A stretch of 63,804 nt of DNA, filler included. It is 9 parts of 9 records of this genome, joined end to end, with 100 filler letters (N's around TTAATTAATTAA, not from the genome) between each part and the next. Parts side by side here need not be neighbours in the genome. Positions count along the whole stretch, not along the records: positions 48,055 to 53,449 come from SRR31147125_42351; positions 53,550 to 58,552 come from SRR31147125_42375; positions 58,653 to 63,804 come from SRR31147125_42665; 6 more parts are not named here. One strand, written 5' to 3'. The notes under the pieces are model-generated. The model was not told the DNA's origin. It was given only the letters and a program-made list of their open reading frames with translations, and searched no databases. A program made the position numbers and the translations under genes. Shown here in pieces: positions 51,645 through 62,493 of the stretch (its first letter is position 1; each line of letters starts with the position of its first letter).

Positions 51645-53449
51645 CTAATTTGTCGGTTCATCAAGCATTTTTCTGAGCTTTTCCAACAAATCATGAGTCG
51701 CATATGGCTTTCCGATAAATTCAAGCCCTTCTTCCAAAATGCCATGATCGGCAATAACATCTTCCGTATATCCGGAAGTATAAAGGACTTTGATATCGGG
51801 AATCATTTCATTGATTTTAAGAGCAAGTTCATGTCCATTGATCTTGGGCATAATTACATCGGTAAGCAGCAAGTTCATTTTACCTTCATAATTTTCAACT
51901 ATTTCCAAAGCCTTGGCACCGGAATCTGCCTCAAGAACATTGTATTTTTGCTTTGACAAAACCTTGGTTGCAACTTTCCTGACCATATCTTCGTCTTCTA
52001 CAACAAGAATAGTCTCGTTTCCTTGAGGTAAATCCTTGAAATCCCTGGATTTTTTCTTTTTATCCACAGGTTTATCAACAACAGGTAAATATACAAAAAA
52101 GCTGGTTCCAAGCTCCGGATCTGTTTCAAAATTGATAAAACCGTTATGTTGCCGAATAATTCCATATGAAGTCGCCAGTCCAAGACCTGTTCCCTTGCCC
52201 TGCTCCTTGGTTGTGAAAAACGGCTCAAAAACGTGTTCTTTGATATCTTCATCAATTCCCGAACCGGTGTCTTTTACTGTAATTCTTACATATTTACCTT
52301 GCGAGACATTGACATGTTCCTGACAAAATTCACTCGTCAGAGTTACGCAATTGGTCTCAAGGATCAATACTCCACCTTTTTCCATTGCATCACGGGCATT
52401 GATAACCAGATTGAGTATAACTTGTTCGATTTGTCCAGGATCGGCATACACGTTACCAATATCATCATTAAAAAAGGTTTTAACTTCAATATCCTCACCA
52501 ATTATACGCGAAGACATGTTCAGCATTCTTTTGATGCGATCGTTTATGCAAATGACTTTAGGGCTGATTAGTTGTTTTCTACTGAAAGCCAGAAGCTGAC
52601 TTGTAAGATCCGAAGCTCTTTTCGCGGCTTTACTTACTTCATCGAGAAGCTCATTTATATCTTCATTATCTTCGATATCCATTTGTGCCAACGAAACATT
52701 GCCGGATATACCTGTCAGCATATTATTGAAATCATGAGCAATTCCACCTGCCAACCGTCCTACGGCTTCCATCTTTTGGGAATGCAATAGCTGTTCCTTT
52801 AGTTTTTCAGCTCTTTCTTCTGCATGTATTCTGCTTTTGATCTGCCTGTTAAGGTCCTGATTTTTCACTTCCAGTTCTTCTTTGCGCGTTTCTAGCTTTG
52901 ACATTGATTTCAACAGAATATTTTGCAAAGCAGCAAAGGGAAGAACGACCATAATGCCTATTGTAACAAACAAGATAGATGCTATTGTCCATGAAAGAGT
53001 TGATAATGAATTTGACATGATTAAGGTATCATGACCAATAATACCATTAACAAATCCATATCCAACACCTATAAATGACAAGGTACCGATAGCTATTGTG
53101 ATAATTCCCCATTTTACATCCATGAGAACTGTAGAAAGGACGCATAAAGCTATAAAAAACCATCCTCCAGCACCACTGAAGCCGAATCTTATCAACAATA
53201 TCAACGAGATAGCCGATGTACAGATAACCATAGCTACGAAACGAACCTTATAGGACAGGAACTTTCTGCTATAAAACCCACTTAGGATGAAAAGATAGAA
53301 AAAGATATAAATCGGTGCAACTTTCCATTCTTTAATGGAAGCAAGTTTAATCAGACCGAATATCAATGCTGGTATACCGAGAATAGTCGCAGATTTTAAA
53401 ATGATATCAAAAACCTGCTCTCGGAAATTAGCCATCTTCGCCAGAGGCT
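51645..53449 (-). CDS. Membrane-bound hybrid histidine kinase/receiver (CckA/NtrB-like)
   Basis: TM helices, SQKMEAVGRLAGGIAHDFNN, NLVINARDAM, FEPFFTTK, GTGLGL, receiver LLTDVIMP. Confidence 0.95.
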
Positions 53450-53549
53450 NNNNNNNNNNNNNNNNNNNNNNNNNNNNNNNNNNNNNNNNNNNNTTAATTA
53501 ATTAANNNNNNNNNNNNNNNNNNNNNNNNNNNNNNNNNNNNNNNNNNNN
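53450..53549. other. Artificial contig spacer
   Basis: N44-TTAATTAATTAA-N44. Confidence 0.99.
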
Positions 53550-55133
53550 CAATTCCTCAGTAAACTCATCGCTTCTTTCGGCACTATTGATAAATGCGAT
53601 TGAAGCATCAAACTGCTTCTGCTTGAGCGCACTGTTGTCAGCCAACCGCTGTTTTGCAGTAGCTTTTTCTTTAACCAGATTCGCATACCATTCACTCCCA
53701 AACTTCGCCTGCGCCTCAAATCCCAGATGCATCGCCGATTTGCCTTCATCACCAGCATTCATCAACTCATAATAATCACTCATTGTCTGCGGATTATTCT
53801 GATCCCTAATGTTGTCAGCATCTAGAGCAGCCTTATACTGCTCAGCCGGAACCATCATCTTCGTCCCGTCCGTCATCTCACAGAACGGCTGCACCACTCC
53901 AGTATCAATATTCTGCTCATTCCATCTGCTGGTCAGCGATTCATCCTGCAGGTCAATCTCCTGTTTCTCAAGTTCCTTATAACGGTTTGCTCTCTTAAGC
54001 ACCTTCGCCTGCAGCTCCGGCTCAGTTATAGACCGCAGTAATTCTTTCAGCTTCCCCGGATTCCTATATATCTCAGGATCATCCACCTTCTCCAATATCC
54101 CCAGTTCAGTATTATGTTCATTTTCAACCTGCTTCAATTCTTTCACTTGAACAATAGCTTTATTCAACTGTAATTCCAAATTATCAGCATCCTCATCTTT
54201 AACCATGAACCTATTCTCTTTAATAATCCTCAAAGCAACATCATATCGACCAGCCTTATATAGACTATCAACAACTCCCCCTATAGTTCGAGTCATATAC
54301 CCTTGTAGTTTCTCATTACCGAGAGTTAGATTATTTTCATACTTACCAACACGTCCAGCCATTACTAATTGAAATTTTCTAAATACCTCCTTATCAACAT
54401 ATCCATCATTTGAAAGCAGCCGAATCCGTTCAATGTCACTACTGATTTCACCTTCAATTAAATCACTTTTTCGTTTCGCCTGAAAAGCATTATCCGCCTT
54501 AATAGCAGCAGGAAGATTACTAAAAAGAAAACTATTTATCTTTTTCTTAATCCCATATAACTCTTTTTCTGAGTAATTACTATTCTGTGCATTCTCCCAT
54601 TCTTCTTGGGCTATTGCTCTGATATTCTCACTTCGAGTCTGCGAAACATCATCTCCAACCTCACCAGTAAACCCACTTCCTGTAATTCTTTTATCTGCAT
54701 TATTAGCTTCACTCAATTGAACTGTTTTATTAACCGAGGAAACACCAGTAATATTTACAGACTTCCCACCATCCATTTTCTGATTCATTCTTTCAAGCAT
54801 CTTGAGCTTCATATCATCAAACTCAAGATCTTGCTTTCTTCGCTGAATCGCTTCTGTCTCTCTCTGCATTTTATTCGCTGCGACCTCATTCTCCCGTCGC
54901 AACTTCTCTGCTTCCACTGCTTCCTGATGTCGTTCATTCGTAGCAATCCCACTCGCCACATCCCCAAGATCATCAAGACCATTCGCCAGCTGATTCCACC
55001 CCTGGGCATTCACTGCCGCAGTACGCGCATTCCCAGCACCATACATCTCAGCATTTGCAGAGTGTTTGAGTCTAGGATGTGTCAATACCTCACGCTCTTT
55101 ATTAATACCAAATCTTCTTATTCTTGCACCCAT
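53550..55133 (-). CDS. Putative large internal virion/ejection protein (3' truncated)
   Basis: Helical, charged protein; starts at a TAATG overlap with the preceding gene; position in the module. Confidence 0.55.
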
Positions 55134-55690
55134 TAGATTTTCCCAGCTTGCTGATACCCATAATATGTTTTAATTGATTTCCCGATCCCACTCGCAACAC
55201 CACCAAATATCTTTGCTCCTGCAGAGACTTTGTTATTGTTATTCGCAGCTGCCAAATTATACCCCGTAGATTTAGCCTGATAATTAAAAGCATCCACCTC
55301 ATGTTGGTACGCCTTATTCTCAGCACTATCAACTATTGCATCCTCATCAATCCCCGAGAATAATAATGAATCATCCTTTATGTCTTTCAATGAGCCAGAC
55401 GTGTAAGATATTCCAGCCCCTGCAGCATCATTATTTTGACTCGATAGCAGCTGATTTACCTTGAGCTGATGTGTGGCCAGATCCTTCCTTCCAAGCTCTC
55501 TCTCCTTATTTGCTGAATCAAGAGCCATTTCGGCATTCTGACCTGCAACTGCAGCATTGTATCTATTTGCAGCATTTTCAGCATCAATTGCAGCATTCTG
55601 TGCATTCGCCTGTTCTATTGAGCCAATTACCCCAGCACCAGTACTAACAAGGCTCATAGCCATACCGATACCAGCCAGTGCAGTTCCCAT
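55133..55690 (-). CDS. Internal virion/ejection protein (T7 gp14/P22 gp7-like)
   Basis: Hydrophobic Gly/Ala N-terminus, AQNA repeats, AGAGI...SGS motif, Gly-rich C-terminal helix. Confidence 0.75.
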   Translation of the reverse strand: MGTALAGIGMAMSLVSTGAGVIGSIEQANAQNAAIDAENAANRYNAAVAGQNAEMALDSANKERELGRKDLATHQLKVNQLLSSQNNDAAGAGISYTSGSLKDIKDDSLLFSGIDEDAIVDSAENKAYQHEVDAFNYQAKSTGYNLAAANNNNKVSAGAKIFGGVASGIGKSIKTYYGYQQAGKI

Positions 55691-55692
55691 AT

Positions 55693-56223
55693 TTACTCCT
55701 TAATATATTCGACTTTAACACGGTTAGAACGAAGCAGTCTATTTGCTTTAGACATCACAAACAACTTTTTATTCAGAACAGCCCTGTAAATAGGCATACC
55801 GGTAATTGACTTACCTTCAGTGAGCTTACAACCAACCCTTTTAAAGAACCTCACTGCTTTTGTATGCTGCCTGTCAATATCACCAGTCAATGTCTGATAC
55901 AGTATTAGCGCATTGATAATCACAACACACATCTCCTGAACAATAAATCTGTTAGCCAAAGAAATATCACTGCTGCACGCCATCCACATCTTAGCAACTG
56001 AACTGGCCACTCCAGTCTTATAGAAGCCATATACCATAAGAACTTTTCCACCACTCACGATAGCCCATCGCTGATCAGCCTTGGAATATATCCTGCACCT
56101 CAAAAGTTCACGCAGCGGAGTACTCCCACTCATCTCAGTAAGCTCTCTCTCGTCTTCCTTACGCAAATTTTTGCAGATATATTTGATATGCTCCCTGCAA
56201 CACGGTACTGTTTCAAATTCCAT
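55693..56223 (-). CDS. Phage GNAT-like protein (DUF2833/T7 gp13-like)
   Basis: NLRKEDEREL, WMACS, AVRFFKRVG; lies between the tail and ejection genes. Confidence 0.7.
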   Translation of the reverse strand: MEFETVPCCREHIKYICKNLRKEDERELTEMSGSTPLRELLRCRIYSKADQRWAIVSGGKVLMVYGFYKTGVASSVAKMWMACSSDISLANRFIVQEMCVVIINALILYQTLTGDIDRQHTKAVRFFKRVGCKLTEGKSITGMPIYRAVLNKKLFVMSKANRLLRSNRVKVEYIKE

Positions 56224-58552
56224 TATTTATCCCCAAATTCTGCAGTAACAATAATCCCAGCAATTGTAAATGGTGTAGGATCACGATTTTCAATCACAAT
56301 ATACGCATCAAAACCACCACTCCAAGAAACAGACTTCTTCTTGTTACCAGTATTAATCGTCACCTCATCAAGCGGCGCTGGGTTATCATCCAAGGGCATT
56401 TCATCAAGTGGATTTCTCGCAGTACCCAACCAGCACTTCCATGAATTCTCAAATAATAGTGCAACTTCACGGCTACCCTGTTTTACTCCGATAGAGACAC
56501 CCTTACTTGTCTGTGAAATAACATTCATCGTTGTAATGCGAGACACATATGGCAACCCTATATGAATAACACTTTCAGCAAAATCCAACTCAATCTTACC
56601 ATCTGTAACCACCAATGGGCCAACCTTGAGCCAGACTGTCAGTCACCACATGCCCACCAGCCAGCACAACAACCTCTTTACCTTCCAGATGATTCAATTC
56701 AGTTACAGTCTGTATCGGATCACCTCGATATGTCACACTTGAATCAGCAAATAACGCTTCAACCGGATCATTATCAATCCGTCTGCTGAACTTTTCAATA
56801 TACCTCTTGGTCTGACCGTCAATTTCACGCTCAACCACAAAATACACTTCGTTATCAAAATCCCCGTCAGAGATACAGGCACAGGAAAGAAACTTACCAT
56901 CAGTAATATGCTTATGCCATCCATATACCTGATGCTCTTTTGCGTATGTAAGCCCGAGAAGCACTCCATCATTCCGTACCAGCCAGACAATTCCATCAGG
57001 ATCACGCTGATAACACCAGTCAGATATTTTGTAATTATCAACTAGATGATATGCAAAAATTGACAGATCGTCTCCCCTGTATCCGTCTATTTCAAGTGAA
57101 TATACAAAATCTTTTACTCTCGGATAGCCCTGTTGAATATAGAGAATAGAATCCCCAACCTCCATTGGTTTGATATTGGCGCAACCACCTTTGGTCTTTT
57201 CCGGTATGATTCTCGGACTATCCGGCTTCAATGATTCCCCGTTACAGCTATGTCTTCTGATCCCACCCTCAGTACCGATAATCAGATCATCACCATACTC
57301 ACACAGCCAGGTTATCTTATTCATTTTTGATGACAATACATTCCAGTTAAACGCATCACTATCCCCCAAAGGGTTTGAAACATCCATATTTTCATAATCA
57401 CCAGTTTTTGAACCGAAGATACCGTTGGGATGATTATTGGTCATTCCATAGGTAAGACGCCCCTTGAATGTCGTCGCCAGTCCCGGATTATTCCCCTCAC
57501 CTTCAAAAGGTCTCCTCTGTACAGGAGCAGTCACCTTCATATCAGGCACAGTACCACTTTCCTGATCAGGATCTTTATATGATGTGCTGTCAGTATTAGC
57601 AGCCCAGCCAAAGATCCCATTCTCCGCTTTGTATACCCGGTAATAATCCGCCCCCTCAACTTCATCCCACTTGAGAGTCTGTGATAAAAACACAGTATAA
57701 TAAGACGACCTGCCTGAGTATTTCCCATCTTCATCAACTGCAATTACCAGCATATCCCAGCAGGTTTCATCATTACTTCCCTGAGGAATAGATACATTTA
57801 TCTTTACCGGAGGAGAAATATCAGACTGCCCAGTCGAAACAGAATCGGTATCAGGTATAATTCCCCCACTAGCATGCTCAACCTCACTGAAGCTACAAAG
57901 CGTGGAAGTATAAATCCAACCCCATTCCCCACTAGAATTCTTCTTATAAATCTGATAAGCATCAGCATCTTCAACTTCATCCCATGTCACCTTAGCCTCA
58001 ATTGTTGACAGCACAACCTCAGACATCACAGACTCTCGTCCCTCCTGATCAATTGAGGTAACACCTATCTCATTCAACGTCAGAGACACACCACCAGTGT
58101 CACTTATTCGCATCCCAGTCGGCTCTGCAATACTTGCGCCATACGACACCTTCTCCAGTCTCCAGTCGGTATGCGAATACCGCCCCAGTTTGTAAGGTGG
58201 ATATGCCGTATGCATTAAATATATATTATCGTTTGATTGCTCAATACGTATTTCTTCCAAATCAGTATGATCATAAATACTATCAATTATTATCTCGTTA
58301 TCCTGATCATCAACAACGACTCCAGAGTTTGTTATTACCCTGATATAATGATGTCCCATCTCAAGTACATAAGATTCACGCACATTGAACTGAAACTCCA
58401 GTAAACGAATATTTCCTTCATTAGCATGAGCTTCTGCGACAAACTGCAACCCTGCTCTATTTGAAACCGAACCACGGGCTTTACAGATCATATTTGTCAT
58501 CTCCCTGCAAGCTGTCGAATATCTTGGCACTTCAAATGCCGAGAACATACCA
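56223..58552 (-). CDS. Phage tail tubular B/stabilisation (nozzle) protein, 5' truncated, frameshifted near 56620-56650
   Basis: RAGLQFV, RLLEFQFN..ESYVLEMG, QSND, WLVRNDGVLLGLTY..EHQVYGWHKH, RYIE; the C-terminal part continues in +1 frame (VVTDGKIEL...HIGLPY...PFTI). Confidence 0.85.
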
Positions 58553-58652
58553 NNNNNNNNNNNNNNNNNNNNNNNNNNNNNNNNNNNNNNNNNNNNTTAA
58601 TTAATTAANNNNNNNNNNNNNNNNNNNNNNNNNNNNNNNNNNNNNNNNNNNN
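58553..58652. other. Artificial contig spacer
   Basis: N44-TTAATTAATTAA-N44. Confidence 0.99.
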
Positions 58653-60906
58653 TTTCTGGACAATAATGATATGTGTTTCGTTGTTGTGGAATACATGGAA
58701 GGTTCAGGAAGGAGCTTTGGAGCAAGCCAAAGCTGAGGCCAGAGGCGTTTTTAATAAAGACCTAGTATATCGCAGATGGGCAGCCTCTCATGGTGGAGTA
58801 TATGTACCTAAAACAGATATAACACCTTCAAATCCGTATTTAGCTCACATGAAGATGAGGGATTTGGAGTTGGATTCTGGCAAAACGCTAACTTTAGTAA
58901 ATCCCGCATACATGACACGCCAAGTTCATGAAATGAGTCAAAACCAGTATGGTATCAAAGGACACATAACAAGCCTTACTCCGTTAAGACCCGAAAATAA
59001 ACCTGATAATTGGGAATTTTTAGCTTTAAATCGCTTTAAAAACGGGGAAAAGGAAGTTAGCGAAATATCATACATGGATGGAATCGAATATGTACGATTG
59101 ATGCGTCCCATGTTTACCGAGCAAAAATGCTTAAAATGTCACGCTATACAAGGGTACAAAGTTGGTGATTTTCAGGGAGGAATTAGCGTTTCGGTACCTT
59201 TTGATGCTTATAAGTCTATTTCCAAAGCACAAATTGTTCCACTAATTACATGGCATGTGGCTTTGTGGCTCTTTGGCTTAAGTGGATTAGGTTTTAGTTG
59301 TATTTTGTTAAGACGAAGAATTATGGAAAGAGAGATAGCCGAAAACACAAGAGATCAGGCGTTAATAAATATGAGTAAGAGAATCAAAGAGCTTGATTGT
59401 TTATATCAGATATCGGAAACCATTCAAAAAGGTGGTGAGCTGGAGGAAATTCTTCAAAATGTGGCGAATATAACTCCAGTTGGCTGGCAATATCCTGAGA
59501 TTACAGAGTGCAAAATCGTATTCAATGGAAGAGAGTATTGTTCAGGCAAATTTAAAGAAACCGACTGGATGCTTTTGAGCAAAATGGTTGTTGGTAAAGT
59601 TGAGTATGGAGTCATAAAAGTTTTTTATAAAGAAGAAAAACCATTAATGGACGAAGGAGTTTTCCTCAAAGAAGAGCGTGCTTTGTTAAATGGTATTGCT
59701 CGGCTCCTTGGAGAGACAATAGAAAGCAAGCTTTACGAAAGTGCCAAGGCCAGACTAGAAGATAAGTTACAACGTGCGAATCGACTCGAATCAGTAGGTA
59801 GATTGGCTGGTGGTGTGGCTCATGATTTCAATAATTTGCTTACCAGTATTACCGGAAATATTCAATTAGCTCAAATGGATATAACAGCAGATGACAACCT
59901 GAATGAGACATTGGATGAGATAAACATCGCTGCCGACAGAGCATCGGATCTTACAAGACAACTGCTGGCATTTTCTCGTAAGCAGATAATTAAACCAAAG
60001 AATATCAATTTAAATGAATTGATAGAAAATATGAAAAAAATGCTTATTCGCTTGATAAAAGAGGATATAGATTTAAGAGCAAATACAAATAAAGATATTG
60101 GAAGTATAAAGGCAGATCCGGGGCAGATTGAACAGATCATTGTCAATTTGACTGTCAATGCCCGTGATGCAATGCCTGATGGTGGTAAGTTAACAATAGA
60201 AACAGAGAGCGTATTTCTTGATGAAGAGTATTGTAAAAAACACACTCATGTAAATCCTGGTGATTATGTGATGTTGGCTGTTTCTGATAGTGGTCATGGA
60301 ATGGATGAAGACACTTGTGCAAACATCTTTGAACCATTTTTTACGACCAAGAAAGAAGGAGAGGGTACAGGGCTTGGACTGGCAACTGTATATGGAATTG
60401 TCAAACAACATCAAGGATCAATAGAAGTATATTCGGAAGTAGATCAAGGTACATCTTTTAAAGTTTTCTTCCCAAGTGTTGAGGAAAAGGCAGAAGCAAT
60501 TAGTCGAACCAAAATTGTAAAAGATCATCCAACTGGCACGGAAACGATTTTACTTGTTGAAGACAACGAAATGGTAAGAAGTATTGCGATAAGAATTCTT
60601 GGCAGGTTAGGATATGACGTTATCAACGCGGAGGATGGAATTACAGCTCTGGCAATTATGGAAAAAGGAGATTTGAAAATAGATTTGCTGTTGACGGATG
60701 TTGTAATGCCTAACATGAATGGCAGAGAACTGGCAAGAGAACTAAGAAAGAAACGACCTAATTTAAAGGTTTTATATACTTCCGGTTATACGGAAGAAGT
60801 AATTGCACATCATGGAATACTTGATGAAGGTTTGGACTTTATTGGTAAACCTTACACTCCTTTAGCTTTGTCAACTACTGTGCGCAAGATTCTTGATGAA
60901 GAATAA
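58653..60906 (+). CDS. Hybrid histidine kinase with periplasmic DUF3365 (c-type heme) sensor, 5' truncated
   Basis: RRWAASHGGVYV, NPAYMTRQ, CLKCH heme motif, GGISV, AHDFNN, GTGLGL, receiver domain. Confidence 0.93.
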
Positions 60907-62457
60907 ATTTACATGTCTTTTGGTAATCAATCCATGATATCGGCCAAGCCAATAAGCAATAAGATAATCTTCTGGAGAATATAGCATCTGGCGATCTTCC
61001 TTTATTTCTTCAAGCATCATTTCGTGGAAATCCAGTCTCCAGAGGTAATTATCGAAGTCATATTCAGCAAGAGGTATTTTTTCGATTGAGCTTGGTCGTC
61101 CCATTCTGTTTTTACAGTTTGTTTCCTGTTTGCCTACCGGAATATATCGCTTGAATTTTACTTCAGGAAATTCCTTTAATGTGCAAACAGCTTCATCAAC
61201 TGCATTTTTAAGCATTTCGTCTTCTGGGCTATCGCCTGTCAATCCGGCATATGCGAATGTGAAAAAATTTCCCTCTTTGGCAATGTCCGGCATTTCTGGA
61301 TCTTTTGGATGAAGCATGTTATTTCGTACGACCCATCGCAATCTTTCTTTTAGTTTTGCGTCATTTTCATAGCGCAAGAGCGGGTACATCGCCTGAAAAC
61401 ACATGTCAAAGTTATCAATATTATGCTGGCAGTTCGGGATAAATAGTAAAAGGTATTTTTCCATGCTGTCAATATATGAAGTGAGTTCAAAAGCATCGAT
61501 TCCTGCCTGACTCTCAAAGTCCTTACATTTGATGCCATCTCGTGTTTTCATCATGCAGCCATAATAAAAATCTTCCATATTTTTATCTTTAAGTGTTGAT
61601 GCTCCGATTCTTACCCAGCTTGATGACATCATCGCATTGAAACCGGGATAGTTATCAAGAGCAGAGTGATATACCCGGCCATGTTCCGTTACTTCGCCTG
61701 TAATATCAATAATTTGCAGACCATTCGCGATCAGATGTTCAGTCACTTCTCGCACTCGTTCCTTGATCGTTTTTACCAGTTGTTCATCCTTGAAGTGTTC
61801 AAGTGCGACACCATAACCGAACATAAGTCCCGCATATGAATCCTGACTGACATCGAAATTGAACCGCCACCCTTCATATCCAGAGGCTGTCGAGTCCGCC
61901 CAGTCCCATGAAGTAGGCGATGGTATTCCGTAATCGACATCAGGGCTTGACATTGATCGACCATACAACCCTGATTTTCCTGTAACTTTGGTAAGATGTG
62001 TCAGCCCTTCGACAATTTTTTTTGCGTTTTCTATTGTTTCTTTATCGCCCGTTACTGCATATCTCAATGCTTGAGAAGCCAGATACATTCCACTCCAGAG
62101 GATTGTATTGGGGACATGGTAGTATTTTTCAACGCTTTTCAGGTCTTCTTTTAGGTAAACATTTCTGAAAAGTCCATCAGGGGAAATGTGGATTTCTTTG
62201 GCAATTTTATCGAAATCTGCTGCTTTTTGGGTTAGAGTTTTGGCTGACTTAATTCTATCGCATTTCGGCCAACTATAGACAGGCTGTTTTTCAACTTCAT
62301 TTTCTTGTTCAATTTCGTTTTCAACAATTATATCTGGTTCATGGTCTTCTATATCTCCATCGGTGGCAATGTTTTCCGAGGTCGAATCATTACACGAGGC
62401 AAGTAAGAATAAGGAACAAATGACGAGAAGCGAAACAATCCTGATCTTCATTCGCAT
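60871..62457 (-). CDS. Hypothetical lipoprotein, predicted alpha-helical toroid
   Basis: Lipobox LASC; WSGMYLASQALRYAVTGD, SQDSYAG, YLIAYWLGRYHG; the true end is probably about 60908 (A4 indel gives ITKDM*). Confidence 0.75.
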   Translation of the reverse strand: MRMKIRIVSLLVICSLFLLASCNDSTSENIATDGDIEDHEPDIIVENEIEQENEVEKQPVYSWPKCDRIKSAKTLTQKAADFDKIAKEIHISPDGLFRNVYLKEDLKSVEKYYHVPNTILWSGMYLASQALRYAVTGDKETIENAKKIVEGLTHLTKVTGKSGLYGRSMSSPDVDYGIPSPTSWDWADSTASGYEGWRFNFDVSQDSYAGLMFGYGVALEHFKDEQLVKTIKERVREVTEHLIANGLQIIDITGEVTEHGRVYHSALDNYPGFNAMMSSSWVRIGASTLKDKNMEDFYYGCMMKTRDGIKCKDFESQAGIDAFELTSYIDSMEKYLLLFIPNCQHNIDNFDMCFQAMYPLLRYENDAKLKERLRWVVRNNMLHPKDPEMPDIAKEGNFFTFAYAGLTGDSPEDEMLKNAVDEAVCTLKEFPEVKFKRYIPVGKQETNCKNRMGRPSSIEKIPLAEYDFDNYLWRLDFHEMMLEEIKEDRQMLYSPEDYLIAYWLGRYHGLITKRHVNLFFIKNLAHSS

Positions 62458-62493
62458 TACAAACCCACCTTCTAAAGAGTATTGTTTACATTA

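Larger units (their letters stand above)
53550..58552 (-). mobile_element. Podovirus-type phage/prophage fragment (tail nozzle and ejection module)
   Basis: Gene order tail tubular/stabilisation protein, GNAT-like protein, small Ala/Gly-rich ejection protein, large helical protein, as in T7 gp12-gp15-like modules. Confidence 0.85.

Noticed and set aside
56596..56650. Stop-codon recoding or programmed frameshift in the phage tail gene
   Set aside because: The continuation is in a different frame, other phage ORFs read normally in code 11, and the C-terminal part is a normal piece of this protein family
57560..58110. DGR template/variable repeat pair
   Set aside because: Differences are not adenine-specific, both copies are in frame in one protein and no reverse transcriptase is present
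8129..58652. Recurrent TTAATTAATTAA palindrome within N runs
   Set aside because: Identical 100-bp six-frame-stop linker joining contigs; artificial, and gene adjacency across it is meaningless
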